Source: Lama glama (Eukaryota). From it: 64,000 nucleotides of DNA. The notes under the pieces are model-generated. The model made no database searches. It saw only the letters and a list, made by a program, of their open reading frames with translations, and was not told the origin of the DNA. Position 1 is the stretch's first letter. Every line of letters starts with the position of its first letter. Positions 12,650-24,633 of the stretch are shown in pieces. The DNA lies in contig CM052817.1 of assembly GCA_028534125.1 (NCBI GenBank), forward strand, positions 70,310,001 to 70,374,000. The letters are read 5' to 3'. Position numbers and translations under genes: made by a program.

Positions 12650-12850
12650 CTGAAAATCCGCGTTGGGCCTCACCGGGATGGCCGAGGTGGCACAACCGCA
12701 TGTGCGGGAAGCGAGCCCTTCATCTTCGAGCACCTGGCCCAGGAGGCCGACTTCTCAGATGCCTGCCTGTCTGCGCTCTCCAGTTCCTTCCTCGCCACAT
12801 CCATCTTCAGGTGCCCAGTCCTGAAAGATGGCCCAGCAGCCGAATGAGCT
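12650..12850 (-). other. Candidate exon (201 bp) of an unidentified transcript
   Basis: Minus-strand acceptor ctttgtctttcctgctgcag, donor CAG|gtgagc, GC/CpG-rich interior; no fully open frame. Confidence 0.3.
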
Positions 12851-15370
12851 CTGCAGCAGGAAAGACAAAGCTGACACATCTCCTCAAGTCAGCGGCTGTG
12901 GCTGAAAGCAAAGAAGAAGACAGCCCTGTGGTGTGACTCCAGAGGAAACACTTAGAGGAGTGGGCTTCACGTGTCTTCCCCAAAAGGCAGGCTTTGTCTG
13001 TCACAGCCAGTGCCTCTAGCGTGTTTGTGAACCGTGTCGATGCTCTGCCAGCTGCTCCCTGCCCGCCCGCGATGTTTTCCACTGAGGTCGGAGAATTTCT
13101 CCCCACACACTTCTCCCCGAATGGTGATTGGAGGGAAGGCTAATTGAAGTGTTTGTCATCTTTTCTTGAGGCCGTACGCCACAAAGGAAATTCCTAAAAA
13201 TCAAAAATAAAACTTATTTACACAATAGCTATGATGCCAGATGAGGAGCAAGCAGCTCTTAACTGGGTTTTAGAAATAGAGTAGCAAATCCTCACAAAAC
13301 AGATAAACAATAAGAAATTAACCAAGATACAAACTTCACCTTTCAAGTGACGCACTTGGATCCATAAACAACAGTTGTGTCGTCTTTAAGAACTCGTATC
13401 ATAAGAAAATTTGGGCTTACAAAATAACCAAATTAACCAGGGGTTATTTGCTTTGCCAAGGAATCTCTGCAAACTAACCACAAAGGATTCTTTCAGTTGT
13501 TTCCCCATATGAATCCCTTTCGCCAAATCCCTTTCTATTCGGTTGTATGTAAGTCTTAGGAATAAGTCCATTTTGTGAAGTGCAGGGTCCCAGTACTCAG
13601 TACAAGGGGGTTTTATTTTACCAGTGAAGGCTCTGTCTGAATCCCAGTATTGAGCCTAGTCTCTATTTCTTACTTTGGTTTCACTGCTCTCTGTTTCCTG
13701 TGGAAACCTAGACCAATTCAAGGAATACAGGTTGAACGTGGACTGCACGTACCACCTCACATGGCTAAGGCAATCTGAATTGTTTCACTTTCAATTGCAA
13801 TGTAACTTTGCAAAAGGACTAAAACCATCTGAACTTGTGAAAAACTGGAATCACCTTTTCTCCCCCCTTAATACATTTGCAGCCCCATTCTCTCTTTCTC
13901 ACAGTATTTTTATATGAAAATGTACATATTGAGATGTTACCATAGATTTCTCTGACTTTTATTCAAACCCACAAGCCTCAATATGGGGGGAAAAAAACCT
14001 ACCAAAATTAGATAGTCTTGGTAGATTTCTAAAGTTTCAGGTTTCCAACCAGGCTAGAAATAGCATCAGGAAAAATCCTTCTGTGTGATGTGATGGTTCT
14101 GATGCCACTCCTAAGTCACCCTTTACTAGGGTTAAGATTTGAAAAAACCACAGTTTAAAAGATTAGACTTTCAGAAAGTGGAGTAGTGTTTGAATTGTGT
14201 TAAAGATTTGTGTTGTCCTTTATTTCACTTTAAATTATTCCTCTTCCCCCAACTAATAATGGATTTTCCCAGTGAATGTAGGTGGCTCAGGCCACCGTCT
14301 ATTGGTATGAAACAACTAGGGAGAGAGTGAAGCCCAGTGCAAAAGACCAGCTTCTTCTGCTTCATGGAGATGCTCAGTAAGATGGTCAAGCACACACTCG
14401 CTACCATCACTTGTGACAAGGGACAGACAAATGCCCATTGTAAATGGCTTTAATGTAATACACACTACATTTCCCCATTTATTTCTCTCTGAATATATAT
14501 ATGTGTGTATGTGTACATGTGAATGCATATGTGTGTATATATGTGTATTTAAAAAAATTTAAATTTCCTGAGAGGTCCTGTTGAAGGGAGTCCTATTATT
14601 CATCTGCAAGTGGAAATCTGATCATTCAGAAGTAAGATCATCTCTCTCCTAAGACCTGAGTGAGTCCTGTCCAAGCTGGAGGAGGCCACCCAAAAGCAAC
14701 CATAATCCCAATATACTTTGAATATGAATGTAAAGTAAATGTTAGCTTTCCTAGGATTTGAGCTAAGCACAACAAACAACATGTGAGTCCAGAAAACTCA
14801 TAGGAGCTTTCAGAAGTTTGCTCTGATGCTATTAACAATCAAAGATATTAGACTCAGTTCCCGTATGAACAATTATATATTCTGCTCCTCCCAAGTCAGG
14901 CCTAACTGCACAGAAGGTTAGAGAGGCCCTCCGTGGTCCTCTCAGCAGAGGCAGAACCAGCTCACCAGCGGCAAATAAGACGCATCTCTCTGCAAGTGGA
15001 TAGGGTTCCACAGCTGGGCAAGAGTGCTCTTCCTGATCTATTTATCACCTCACCTATGTTCATGTGCCTCAACTGTCTATGTTTCCACTTTGTCTAAATG
15101 AGCTACTAATGCTTGTGTGGAGAGCATATTCATTCCTTGTTCCTGCCCCAACTATGTAGGACCTATTGAAAAATGGAGATTCTATGAGAGCCCAAACAAT
15201 ATTTGACTCAAATGAACTAGTGTCAATAGATTGTGGAGACGCAAATGAGGAGAATGAAGGAAACATGAACAATAGCAGGAAGAAGTGAAGGTGAGATTCC
15301 CTTTAAAAAAAAAAAAAGAGTTGATTTCTCATGGTGTCAAGCCAATGAGGAGGGGTTCCGGGACAGAAGT

Positions 15371-15669
15371 CAGGGACCCCAAGGCACACAGAGTCAACAT
15401 GATGAATGAAAAGCCACCTGGATGGACACTGTGGTGAGCTGGAAATCATGTGCTTTGTCTACATGGGGGAGTGGCTACTACATTCCAGGCTATTAATGTC
15501 TGCAGGAATACAGAACCAGTGTAAATAACCGATTTTCAGGAGAAGCCAGAATTCTAGAAATCTCTGAGGACTCTCCCAATTTTGAAATGCTACAGGTTAC
15601 ATTTAACAAACATCTAAACACCAGGCAAGCCGAGCAAAACACTCTGTGGGCTGCCAGTTTGCAATCACT
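15371..15669 (-). mobile_element. MER102-like hAT-Charlie DNA transposon
   Basis: 'tgtggtgagctgga...gattttcaggagaagccagaa...tctcccaattttgaaatg...gggctgccagtttgcaatcactg'. Confidence 0.75.
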
Positions 15670-16759
15670 GCTATATGGGAAGGACATCTTGGGGGAGGTA
15701 AGTAGAGACAGGCTACCTGTCAGAACAGAGAGGCAAGTACAGACTGAGTGGTTAAAGTCTAAAACTGGTAGGATCCTTTCACACTCTCACTAACCCAGAC
15801 TTGGGCTCAAACGTGCTGAGGATCACTGACTCTGCTCCTCACCCTGGCAAAGTGCAAGCTACACTCCCACAGTACTGAGTAGCCCAAGAGCCTCAATTCA
15901 ACCCTTGATTTTCAATTCAAGAATTTCTTATTGGTCTCAAGGAAGCTCATGAGAACAAAATTAAAATTAAGCCAAATGCTTTTGCTGTTTATCAAATACC
16001 AGAGGTACATCTTTGTTTTCCAAAGAAGAAAACTCAGAAAATTATACTTATAGGCTCAGTAACAGAAATCCAGTTTTTCCTGAAACAGTTTTCCTCTGGG
16101 CATCAATGCATGGCTGACGATTGGGACTGATGGAGTCACCATCTTGGTACCTGGGTGGGCCTCGATGAATGCTTTACTGGGGGTCCCTTACAAGGCAGGA
16201 AATCTCAAACCCTTCCCAGACACCTAGAACCAAATTAAATCTGAAGAACAACAACAAAAATAATGTTAGTATTTTCAGATTAAGTGTTTATAAGGAATCG
16301 AAGAACCAAGACAGAAGACCACGAGAAAGAGGAAGCTGTGACCCATCACCTTTTTTATGAACAATGACCAATGGTTTTCTTTCTCAATGTGCCTCCCACT
16401 GGTCCCCTGATACTCAAAATCCCCATGGCTCGGGCTTAACAGAGAGAAGAGACTACCTCTCTGATCAGCATCATGGGTCATGTGCGTTTTTCTGAACATG
16501 GCCAGATAGTAGAATGTGGTTCAGAAAAGAGACACAGGTAGCTGTCCAGAGACTTTCAAATTATGAGACCTGGGACATTTGTCCTGGCCTGTTCTAAGGG
16601 CCACATAGGTATACTTTCAGCACAGGCAGCTGTAAGTCATATACTGAGAAATGCATCTTTCTTCCTTTTACTAGAAAAGTGCCCCCCTCTTTTCAGTGTT
16701 CATTTTTGTTTTAAATTGGTTTTGCTATTCTTGGGTGTGAAATGGTATGTAATCCTTCT

Positions 16760-16856
16760 ATTCTTTTATTGAATAAATACTGTGGGCACTGGAAAAATCA
16801 TTGAGCTAAACAAAACGGATAAAATCCTTACCCTTAAGGGGCTTACATTCCAGTGG
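16760..16856 (-). mobile_element. L2 3' fragment
   Basis: 'aaaatccttacccttaaggggcttacattccagtgg'. Confidence 0.55.
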
Positions 16857-17807
16857 CTGACATGGTGCTAGTGTTTTCTGTCTCAAAAAATGACACAGAA
16901 AGCTTGTCCTGAATTTCAAGCTTCACTGGAATATTTTACGTTGGTGACTCTGTTCTAAAGAACGAAGAAAAATATGTTTTCCTATTTCATGGTGTTAGCA
17001 TCTACACTTTCACGGAGTCCCAGAAGGAAGTCAGATTTGAAGGGGCAAGTTCATATGGCTGGATGCTTGGGAAGGCAAAGTGATTGACGGTCTCCGGTTT
17101 CATGTGGGAGTTGGGGGCTGGATACATTGAGAATCTGACAAAACTAAGGCAAATTATCTTCTGAACTGGTTCAAATATTTGTAGCAAGCCCCCCTGTGCA
17201 AAATTTCACGACTTCTTTATGGTAATTAGTTTTGTGGAATATTGCCAAATGGCATATTTTTTCAACTCCGAGGCCCTTTGTAAGCACTCCTGGGAATGTC
17301 TGAAATATGAGATAAGCACTCGTAACCCAAAGTTTTATTTAAAAGTTTAATTAACACAAACGGCAAATGACACATTGATTGCTATTAAGAAGGTAGACGA
17401 TACGTAAATCTGTGAGCCACCGAGTGACTCTAAAACCCATTTGCCTCAGCAACCACAGAGCTTGATTTCCCTCTTGAGCCGGCAGAAGAGCCCTCAGCAT
17501 TCACGTCCCCATCATCAGCCACCCAGGTCCGCAGGACTGCACTGTGCAGGGAACCTTGGCGCTGGTAGGGAACCATTTTTAACTGGGTCTCTGTCCAACC
17601 CTCGCCCCCTCCACTGGTACAGGCCCACCCTGCCAGTCTTCTGGTTTTTGATCTCCCTCAAGCCACCTGCCGGGAAGTCACCGGCCTCAGAGTAACTCTC
17701 ATTCATCTGAGCCTCGTCCTGGCCTGAGAAACTCACATTTACCAAATCCTCTCTGGAGCCTCCAGAACATGGAGAATGACTTAACCTTGGTTCTTTCCAG
17801 TTTTTCC

Positions 17808-17892
17808 TTTGCTAGAACTTCAGTTCTTCAAGGGCAGAGACCTATACACCCTCCATCCTCAGCACCTAACAGTGCCTGGCACTGAATGAAAA
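17808..17892 (+). mobile_element. L2 3' end
   Basis: 'agggcagagac...cagcacctaacagtgcctggcactgaatgaa'. Confidence 0.65.
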
Positions 17893-18299
17893 AAATGAGG
17901 GCATTGTCTTTTTTTCGGTTGAAAAAAAAAAAGACTTTTTGGAAAGAATCTTCCTTTCCCATTGTCTTCTGAGGGCCTCTCTGTTCCCTCAGCCCTCCCT
18001 TCTTTAGAAAGTTCCTTATATTATAATGTTAAATAAAAATATAATTAGCATTCAAGCTGTAATACACAGAGTAACTGAAGGAAAGGTCTAACAAGATTTC
18101 CTGGATTTTAGGTTAGAGTAAAATCAACAGCAAGGTCTACTACACATTGCTGAGCGATTCCAGCTTGATCAGTGATCAGAAGGAACTATTAATATATTGA
18201 CAAACACGAGCAGAGAGGAATAGAGAAAGTGACTTTGTATAGAAACTACAGTGAAAGGAAGGAAGTGGGAAGAGCGGAAATCAGAAGAGCTTGCAGTAA

Positions 18300-18880
18300 C
18301 TGCATCAGTGTCCTGATGCCGCAAGAGTGCTGCACAGCAAACAGCAGTGAGTGGCATACAGCCTAAATATTGATTTTTGCCCCTAAGTCTCTGGGTCTGC
18401 TGGATGGTTATGCTGATCTGGGCCAGACCTGGCTGGCAGTGGCTGGACATTGCTCACGTACCTGAGGCCGACAGGTGCATCAGCCAGGCCTGGCTACTCC
18501 CTGATGGCTTCAGCCTCTGAGGAGCTCTCCTCCAGTGTTACCTCATCCCCCAGCACCAGCCTAGACTTGTTTATAAGGAGGTAGTAGACATCTGGGAGAG
18601 AGAGAGAGCGAGAGAGCAATGTGTGTGTGTGTGTGTGTGTGTGTGACAGAGACAGAAAGAGAAGAGCAGAAGCACACAAAGCCTCATGGTGCTTAGGCTC
18701 AACACCAGCACACGGTCACTTCTGCCTCACTCTGTTGGCCAAAGCATGTTTCAAGGCCAGCACGGGTGCAAGAGATGGAGAAATATACTCCATCTCTTGA
18801 GGGGAGGAGCTCAAAACTCACATTGCAAAGGGTATGGATACAGAGAGGGCTGGAGAATTGGGGCCATTTTGCCATCAAAC
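18300..18880 (-). mobile_element. MaLR LTR (MLT1H-like) with internal (GA)n/(TG)n
   Basis: 'gtcacttctgcc...ttggccaaagca...aaggccagc...ctccatctcttga...cacattgcaaaggg'. Confidence 0.75.
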
Positions 18881-18934
18881 TGAGACAGGAGGGAAGGAGG
18901 CAGGACACAACCATTAAAAGAATGACACAGTAAC

Positions 18935-19410
18935 TGTTAGTGCTGTGCTACCAAGATGGCAGAAGAGTCAACTCCCAGTGGACCTTGAGCTTCATTCTAC
19001 GCTCACTGTAATATATTAGCATACTAAATGATACTCCTACAGGTGCCAGGAGAGTTCCGAAGCCAACCATAAAAGGTCAAAAAGTGGGTGGTGGCCCAAT
19101 TCCTGGGAATCCCACCCCCTTCTCCAAAGTAGCTGGAATAATCCTTCCACTTGTTATCCTATGAAGTTTCTGAGCCCATAAAAACTAACAACCCTGCACC
19201 TGGTGGTGGCTCTCTCTTGCCTTCTGAGATGGCCTGCACTGTCCATGCAGTATGTATCTCTCTGAATAAATATACCTTCACTCCACATGGCTCACTCTTG
19301 AATTCTTTCCTGCACGAAGCCAAGGACCCTCACTTGGTGGGGTACATCCCAGGGACTCAACCAAGATCAGGGTCATGACCATCCTCTCACACCCCATTTT
19401 CCTGTATCCA
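18935..19410 (+). mobile_element. ERV1 solo LTR, MER41-like
   Basis: TG start; 'gaataatcc', 'cataaaaa', AATAAA at 19265-19270 and 'cttgaattctttcctgcacgaagccaaggaccctc' as in MER41-group U5. Confidence 0.75.
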
Positions 19411-19469
19411 AACCACCAAGTTACCTCAGCCCCAACCTCCATTTATGAGTAGCAAGGCACACATCCAAC

Positions 19470-19923
19470 TGTCTTAGGTGTTTGAGTTCCTCTGGAGCTA
19501 ATCCTGAGACAAGGATCCAAGTGCAAGTAGTTTACTTGGAGAGTGATGCTGGGAAACACTGGTAGAAAAGTGGGGAAATGAGAGAGGGAAGGAAAGAATC
19601 TTTTGTTATTGAGCAAGCTCCTGCTATGGATAGTAGAAGCTTACTTTTGCTGAGGACCTCCGTGCTGGTGTAGAAGTGGTCCCACCTGAAGGATGAGGGA
19701 ACTGGGACACTTGTAGAGCAGCTCCTCTCAGTCACTGGTTGACAACTTCTTGGGTAGGAGTGGAGCACTCATGCACGGACACTTTGGCCCTGCTACAGGA
19801 GCAGAATGAACTCCAAGTTCAAACAGACAAAGTCTTTGGGTGAACTGCCAACTCAGAAGCTGGGCAGTATGCACTGAGGTGGTAAGGCCAAGAAGATGTG
19901 ACAGGCACCAACTGCGTCCAACA
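19470..19923 (-). mobile_element. ERVL solo LTR (LTR16 family-like)
   Basis: 'tgtcttagg...ctgagacaaggat...gtgcaagtagttta.ttgg.gagtgat...gtggggaa...gggaagg'. Confidence 0.75.
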
Positions 19924-19989
19924 TAACACTGGACAGCTGCTGATTGCAGCAAAGCCTGCCAAAGTTTAGCAGAAAGATTATGGGTAAAT

Positions 19990-20130
19990 CCAGTTTTTAG
20001 CCATGAACAAACTCCCTGACATCTCTGAACTTAATTTTCCTCAACGATAGGTACTTCATAGGCATTTTATGCAGATAAAATTGAGATGATGTGTTTACAG
20101 TGCCTGGTTGGTAAATAAATGCTAGATGTT
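19990..20130 (+). mobile_element. MIR fragment
   Basis: 'ctctgaacttaattttcctca...tgagatgatgt...cagtgcctgg...ataaatgctag'. Confidence 0.55.
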
Positions 20131-21610
20131 AATATCAAGATATTTTTGTTTCCATTCATTTATTTCTCAATAATTTGAGTGGAAACAAATACAACCTTTG
20201 AAATGTTTCCTTGGGCCCCCTGTTTTATATACTCCAGTCCTTCTTTGGCATGTACGACAGGATTCCAACAGCAAGGGACAGAATGGAACTGGGAAGTTCG
20301 AGAAATGGTAACATCTTTACATAGCTTGATAACACAGTAAGTGCATCCACATGCAACTTTTCTTCCTCCAGTGAAACTGGTTCAGCATCAACCAAATGCC
20401 TGCAACAGACAACTCTCTCCTGGGTGCAGACAGAACTGAATGTGCACCAACAGCAGTCAGCCCACATTTAATTACATTTTGCTTTGCACTAAAGCCACTC
20501 CTTCCTCAGCCTTTCTGGAAGACGTCCGGACCAATGCTTATCATGTTTTTGACCTATCATAATTGGTCCCAGTTTAATGATATAAAAATGCTAAAGTAGA
20601 CTTCCCTTTGTCTTTGAAGTCTGTGTTTTAGACTTTTCGCTCTTTTTCAAGAAGCCAAGGGCTGCCCTGGGTACGAGGACAGGGGAGTAGATGAATGCAA
20701 ATTGATCGTGCTGCGGGGAGAGGGCGAGGCTGGATCACTGGGCAGGCAGGTTCTCAGATATGCATCTACTTACTTATTCCACTAAGTACCCAGAGGCTTC
20801 ATTTGACTGTATAAACTTCACCAATGTGCTTGAAGACACTAATTTGGTTTCCACTGGAGGACTGGAAAAAAGTTTTTCACAGCATCAAAACCTGCAATAG
20901 ACTTGGAGAGATTATTTGGGTCATTATATTGCCTCTAGGCAAGTCCTCCTGGAAGCCATCTGTGTCAGATGAGAATTGCCTCTACTGAAGGGCCAGGGGA
21001 ATGGCTGAGTGTCCTGAGGGCGGCTGCAGGGGAGCTGTTCCTTTGGTCTAAATAAAACCCCTCCTGTTATTCTATAGTTAAAAAAAAAAATCCCCATTTT
21101 TCCTGTCCTTGATAGAAAGAGTGCCAGCATCTCCATAAAATCTATTGTCCGTTTTGAAAAATGTTTTCCTATGTTCTCAGCACTCTCTTACCAGCCTTTC
21201 CTCAAAGTGCTAATCTTTCTGCTCATATTTTAATGGAGGTCTTTCAAAATTTGCTTCAAGTAGTTGGTAAACTTTTTAATTGCCAAGTCCAACTCCTGAC
21301 TTGAGGGGTACCTTGTGTATAAATGAAAGTGCGTGGGTGACAGGGAACTAATTCTCCCTGGGTTGATTTTTTTTGGATAGAGTTAAGAGGGGAGTTCTTT
21401 CTCTTTACACACCAGTTTATAGTCCACTCCCCACCAACAGCTCTGAGAACAAGAATAGCAGAGAAGAAAGCCTTTCTTCCACCCCATTATTAAAGAAGAG
21501 ACAAAGGGCGCAAGTTCCAGGGAGCGGTAATGCCAGAGTTTTGAATTCACATAAACATACAGATGATGGACAACAGGTCTTTTCCAGTTAGTTTTTATTA
21601 AGAATGGTTG

Positions 21611-21779
21611 GGGGCGGGGGAGGGTATAGCTCAGTGGTAGAGTGCATGCTCAACATGCATGAGGTCCTGGGTTCAATTCCCAGTGCCTACATTTAGATAA
21701 ATAAGTGAAAATAAGTAAAAATAACTATCTCCCCCCGCCAAATAAAAATAAATAGGTAAAAGTTAAAAAAGAAAAAAAG
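21611..21779 (+). mobile_element. tRNA-Ala-derived SINE (vic-1 type) with TSD
   Basis: tRNA-like head, A-rich tail, direct repeat gaatggttg at 21602-21610 and 21780-21788. Confidence 0.92.
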
Positions 21780-22569
21780 GAATGGTTGCATACAAGGGTA
21801 CCTCTGATAAGGAAAAGAGCACAAAAGGGCGTTTGTCATTCTTTGAGGCCACTCTATAACTTTTAAACATTCTTCCTATGTTTCAGAAATTTTTTATGTC
21901 TTCCCCAGCTTTGAAAAAGTTACTCAGTTTCCCAGCAATGCTTGCTGTTGTGCATAATTTTAAGCAATGTTAAGATTTCCACTCAGAAAAGAGCACATTG
22001 AGAAAGGACATCATTTAGCAAAGTTGGTAGTGAAGGCACCATGGAAAGCTGGGCAGATCCTCAGTGTGAACTGCCCTGTCTGGCCCTTCAATGGCAGCAG
22101 CAGGGGCTTCATAGAAGCAATCACATGACAAAGTGTGGGCACAACTCCTATCTGCAACCTGTCCCTTCATAATTTAATTTTCTGCTTAAACTGGCTACAG
22201 TGTGTCCTATCTACATCTGGAAAGACTGACTGATACAGTGTGGTGTCAACAATAGCATTCCACCGGGGAATTGCTTCGATTCCACTAACACTCAGTGTAC
22301 TTTTCATTCTGTTGAAATTCCTACCAGACTCTTCAAAAATACCACAGCCATTTCCCTATGGAGACAAACCCATGGGATCTGGGCATTGAAGTGGCCCTTT
22401 TAAGAGCTATAAATAATTCTCTCTGATATATTGCTTTTTGGGTTTGAAGGATTAACATAACAGAAAGGACCAAAAAAAAAAAATCCAAGTTTTGAATACT
22501 AAGTTAGTGTGACCTAAATCACAGACTGGGTTCCCATAAGTTTTCTGCACGTTTAAGAGAAAGAGGTTT

Positions 22570-22662
22570 GGGGTGGGGGTATAGCTTAGTGGTAGAGCAT
22601 GTGCTTAGCATGCACAAGGTCCTGGGTTCAATTCCCAGTACCTTCATTAACGAAAAAAAAAA
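22570..22662 (+). mobile_element. tRNA-Ala-derived SINE (vic-1 type), short form
   Basis: 'gggggtatagcttagtggtagagcatgtgcttagcatgcacaaggtcctgggttcaattcccagtaccttca' plus poly-A. Confidence 0.88.
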
Positions 22663-23044
22663 GACAGAGAGAAGTGCGGCGACAACAGGGTGTGTAGCAG
22701 GACAGCTGCTGCCTCCAGAAGTTCTGCTAAAACAGTGGTTTTCAACCTCGACTGCAAGGCCATTGTGTACTGACACCAGACTGCATCGCAGGAACACCCG
22801 CTATTGAAATGGGAAGAAAAGAGTAAGATTAATGCAAGATTGGGGCTTCTGCCACTGTAGTACTAAGGACTGGGCTCACTGAGTATGGCCTCAGAGAATC
22901 TAGAATAGTGCTCAGAAAAAAATACACACCTGACTGAGGAGACAGGTCAGTATTCCCATTAGAAACATCCTTATGATATCTAGAAATGTTGATTTAGGTT
23001 ATTTTAAGGGCTTCTTAATGATTATAGGAAAAAATGTTAAAGAC

Positions 23045-23261
23045 CAGGGGTCCGCAAACTACCCCCTGCAGGCCAAATCTGGCGCCTGTTGCTGTGAACA
23101 AGTTCACTGGAATGCGGGCATTCTCATTCGTTTAAGTATCTCTATAGCTGCTTTTAAGCTACAACCACAGACATTGAGTAGCTGCAAGAAAGATCCTGTG
23201 GCCTGCAAAGCCAGAAGTATTTACTATCTGTCCCTCTACAGAACAAGTTTGCTGACCTCTG
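23045..23261 (+). mobile_element. MER58A-like hAT-Charlie element
   Basis: TIRs 'caggggtccgcaaact' / 'aagtttgctgacctctg'; internal 'ggccaaatctgg', 'tatttactatctg'. Confidence 0.85.
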
Positions 23262-23314
23262 ATATAGACCAGAAGTTTCAAGACCTAACATCATAGCAAA
23301 AAGCCAGGAAGCCC

Positions 23315-23502
23315 AGTGGAAAGAGCCCTGAGGTGGAAAAAAGAGGAGTGACCTGGTCTCTAGAATCAGATCTGCTCCCATTAACTAACCCCGTAGCCAA
23401 GTGCAAACTTGGCTTTAATCTCCTCAAACCTCGGTTTCTTCATTTCCAAATAATGGCATTAGAATAAGATTCTCTGAACATCTGAAGACTCTAATTCTAG
23501 GA
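23315..23502 (+). mobile_element. MIR/MIR3 SINE
   Basis: 'cagtggaaagagc...cctcggtttcttcattt...ctctaattctag'. Confidence 0.6.
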
Positions 23503-24633
23503 TGGTCTCAATGAGTTAAAATTGGAAATCTTTGTGAAATTCACTGCATGCTCTTACATGTCATTTGAAAAAAAAAAGTATCTTCTTATTCTTAAAGAAC
23601 AAAACTGGTAAGATTATTGTGAAGAAAGGAAAAGAATTTAAAGGACAGAAATCCTCAAATTTGAGAACAGATGAGATGTAAAATTGCACCTCACGTTTTC
23701 AAGGCTTTTATTTTAACTCTTGACACACATCAGCAATCTGACTCTTCGCCACAGACAATTGCATGTATTCGCATTTTTTTCTGTGTGAAAATTTAATTTT
23801 TTACAACCCGCTGTGTTTTTCAGGCCCTTTAACTAATAGGCTTTTATCACCTTATGATTGCCTGATTTTCTCTTAATTGCTTTATGACAATACAATTTAT
23901 TTTGATCACTCCCACCCTGCGGTTTTACTTTCTAATGAGGACTCTATGAATTTATGTGTGCCACTATGCATCAGCTTAATTTTCCAATCCCTCTACTTCC
24001 CCATAAATGGAGAAGTGGAACTGGAGGAAGGCACAAGAGCCACTGGGCGCCCTTCCTGTTCCCCATGGGGGGCACAGTCTGCACGTGGCGGTTCCATTCT
24101 CCCCAGTAAGCCTCAGCCCCAGGCACTCATGCCGTGGAGGCCTCCACATGGCTCTTTGAGGCGTTCACACACACACACATTGTATGAAGGGGACAACCTG
24201 GCCCAAGGCCGTTTGAAGGCACGAAGTTCCTCTTGGTCTGTGATTTGGACTTTATCTCCCCATACACAGTGTTTATTAGGTGTTTAATTTGGATACGTGG
24301 ATGAGTTCATTGTTTTGAAAGCAACCTGAATAAGTTCAGAACTGATTTTCAAAACAGCCCTTCATTTTCTTTCATAAATTCTACAGTGAAGGTTTCTCCC
24401 AAGTCATTTTATAAGTATAAACACACTTTGGGTTCATTCGGTTCAGCTCGACATGAATGTATCGTGCATCTCTAGCAGCGACTGTGTTCAGTTCTCAGTG
24501 CTGAAGAGACACAAGGATCCCAGACGCTGAAATCCACAAGATGGGGGCAGTGATGGGCAGCACGAGGCCTCACCTCCCTATAATACAGAGTAGATTGTGA
24601 TCCATTGTTTCTGTCAAGTATCTTAAAGATTTG

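Noticed and set aside
14225..14528. Overlapping minus-strand ORFs
   Set aside because: No convincing splice sites or homology; one runs into a TA/TG microsatellite
20225..20467. Protein-looking minus-strand ORF (HLVDAEPVSLEEEKLHVDAL...) after a possible acceptor
   Set aside because: No recognisable homologue and no linked upstream coding exon; cannot be distinguished from chance
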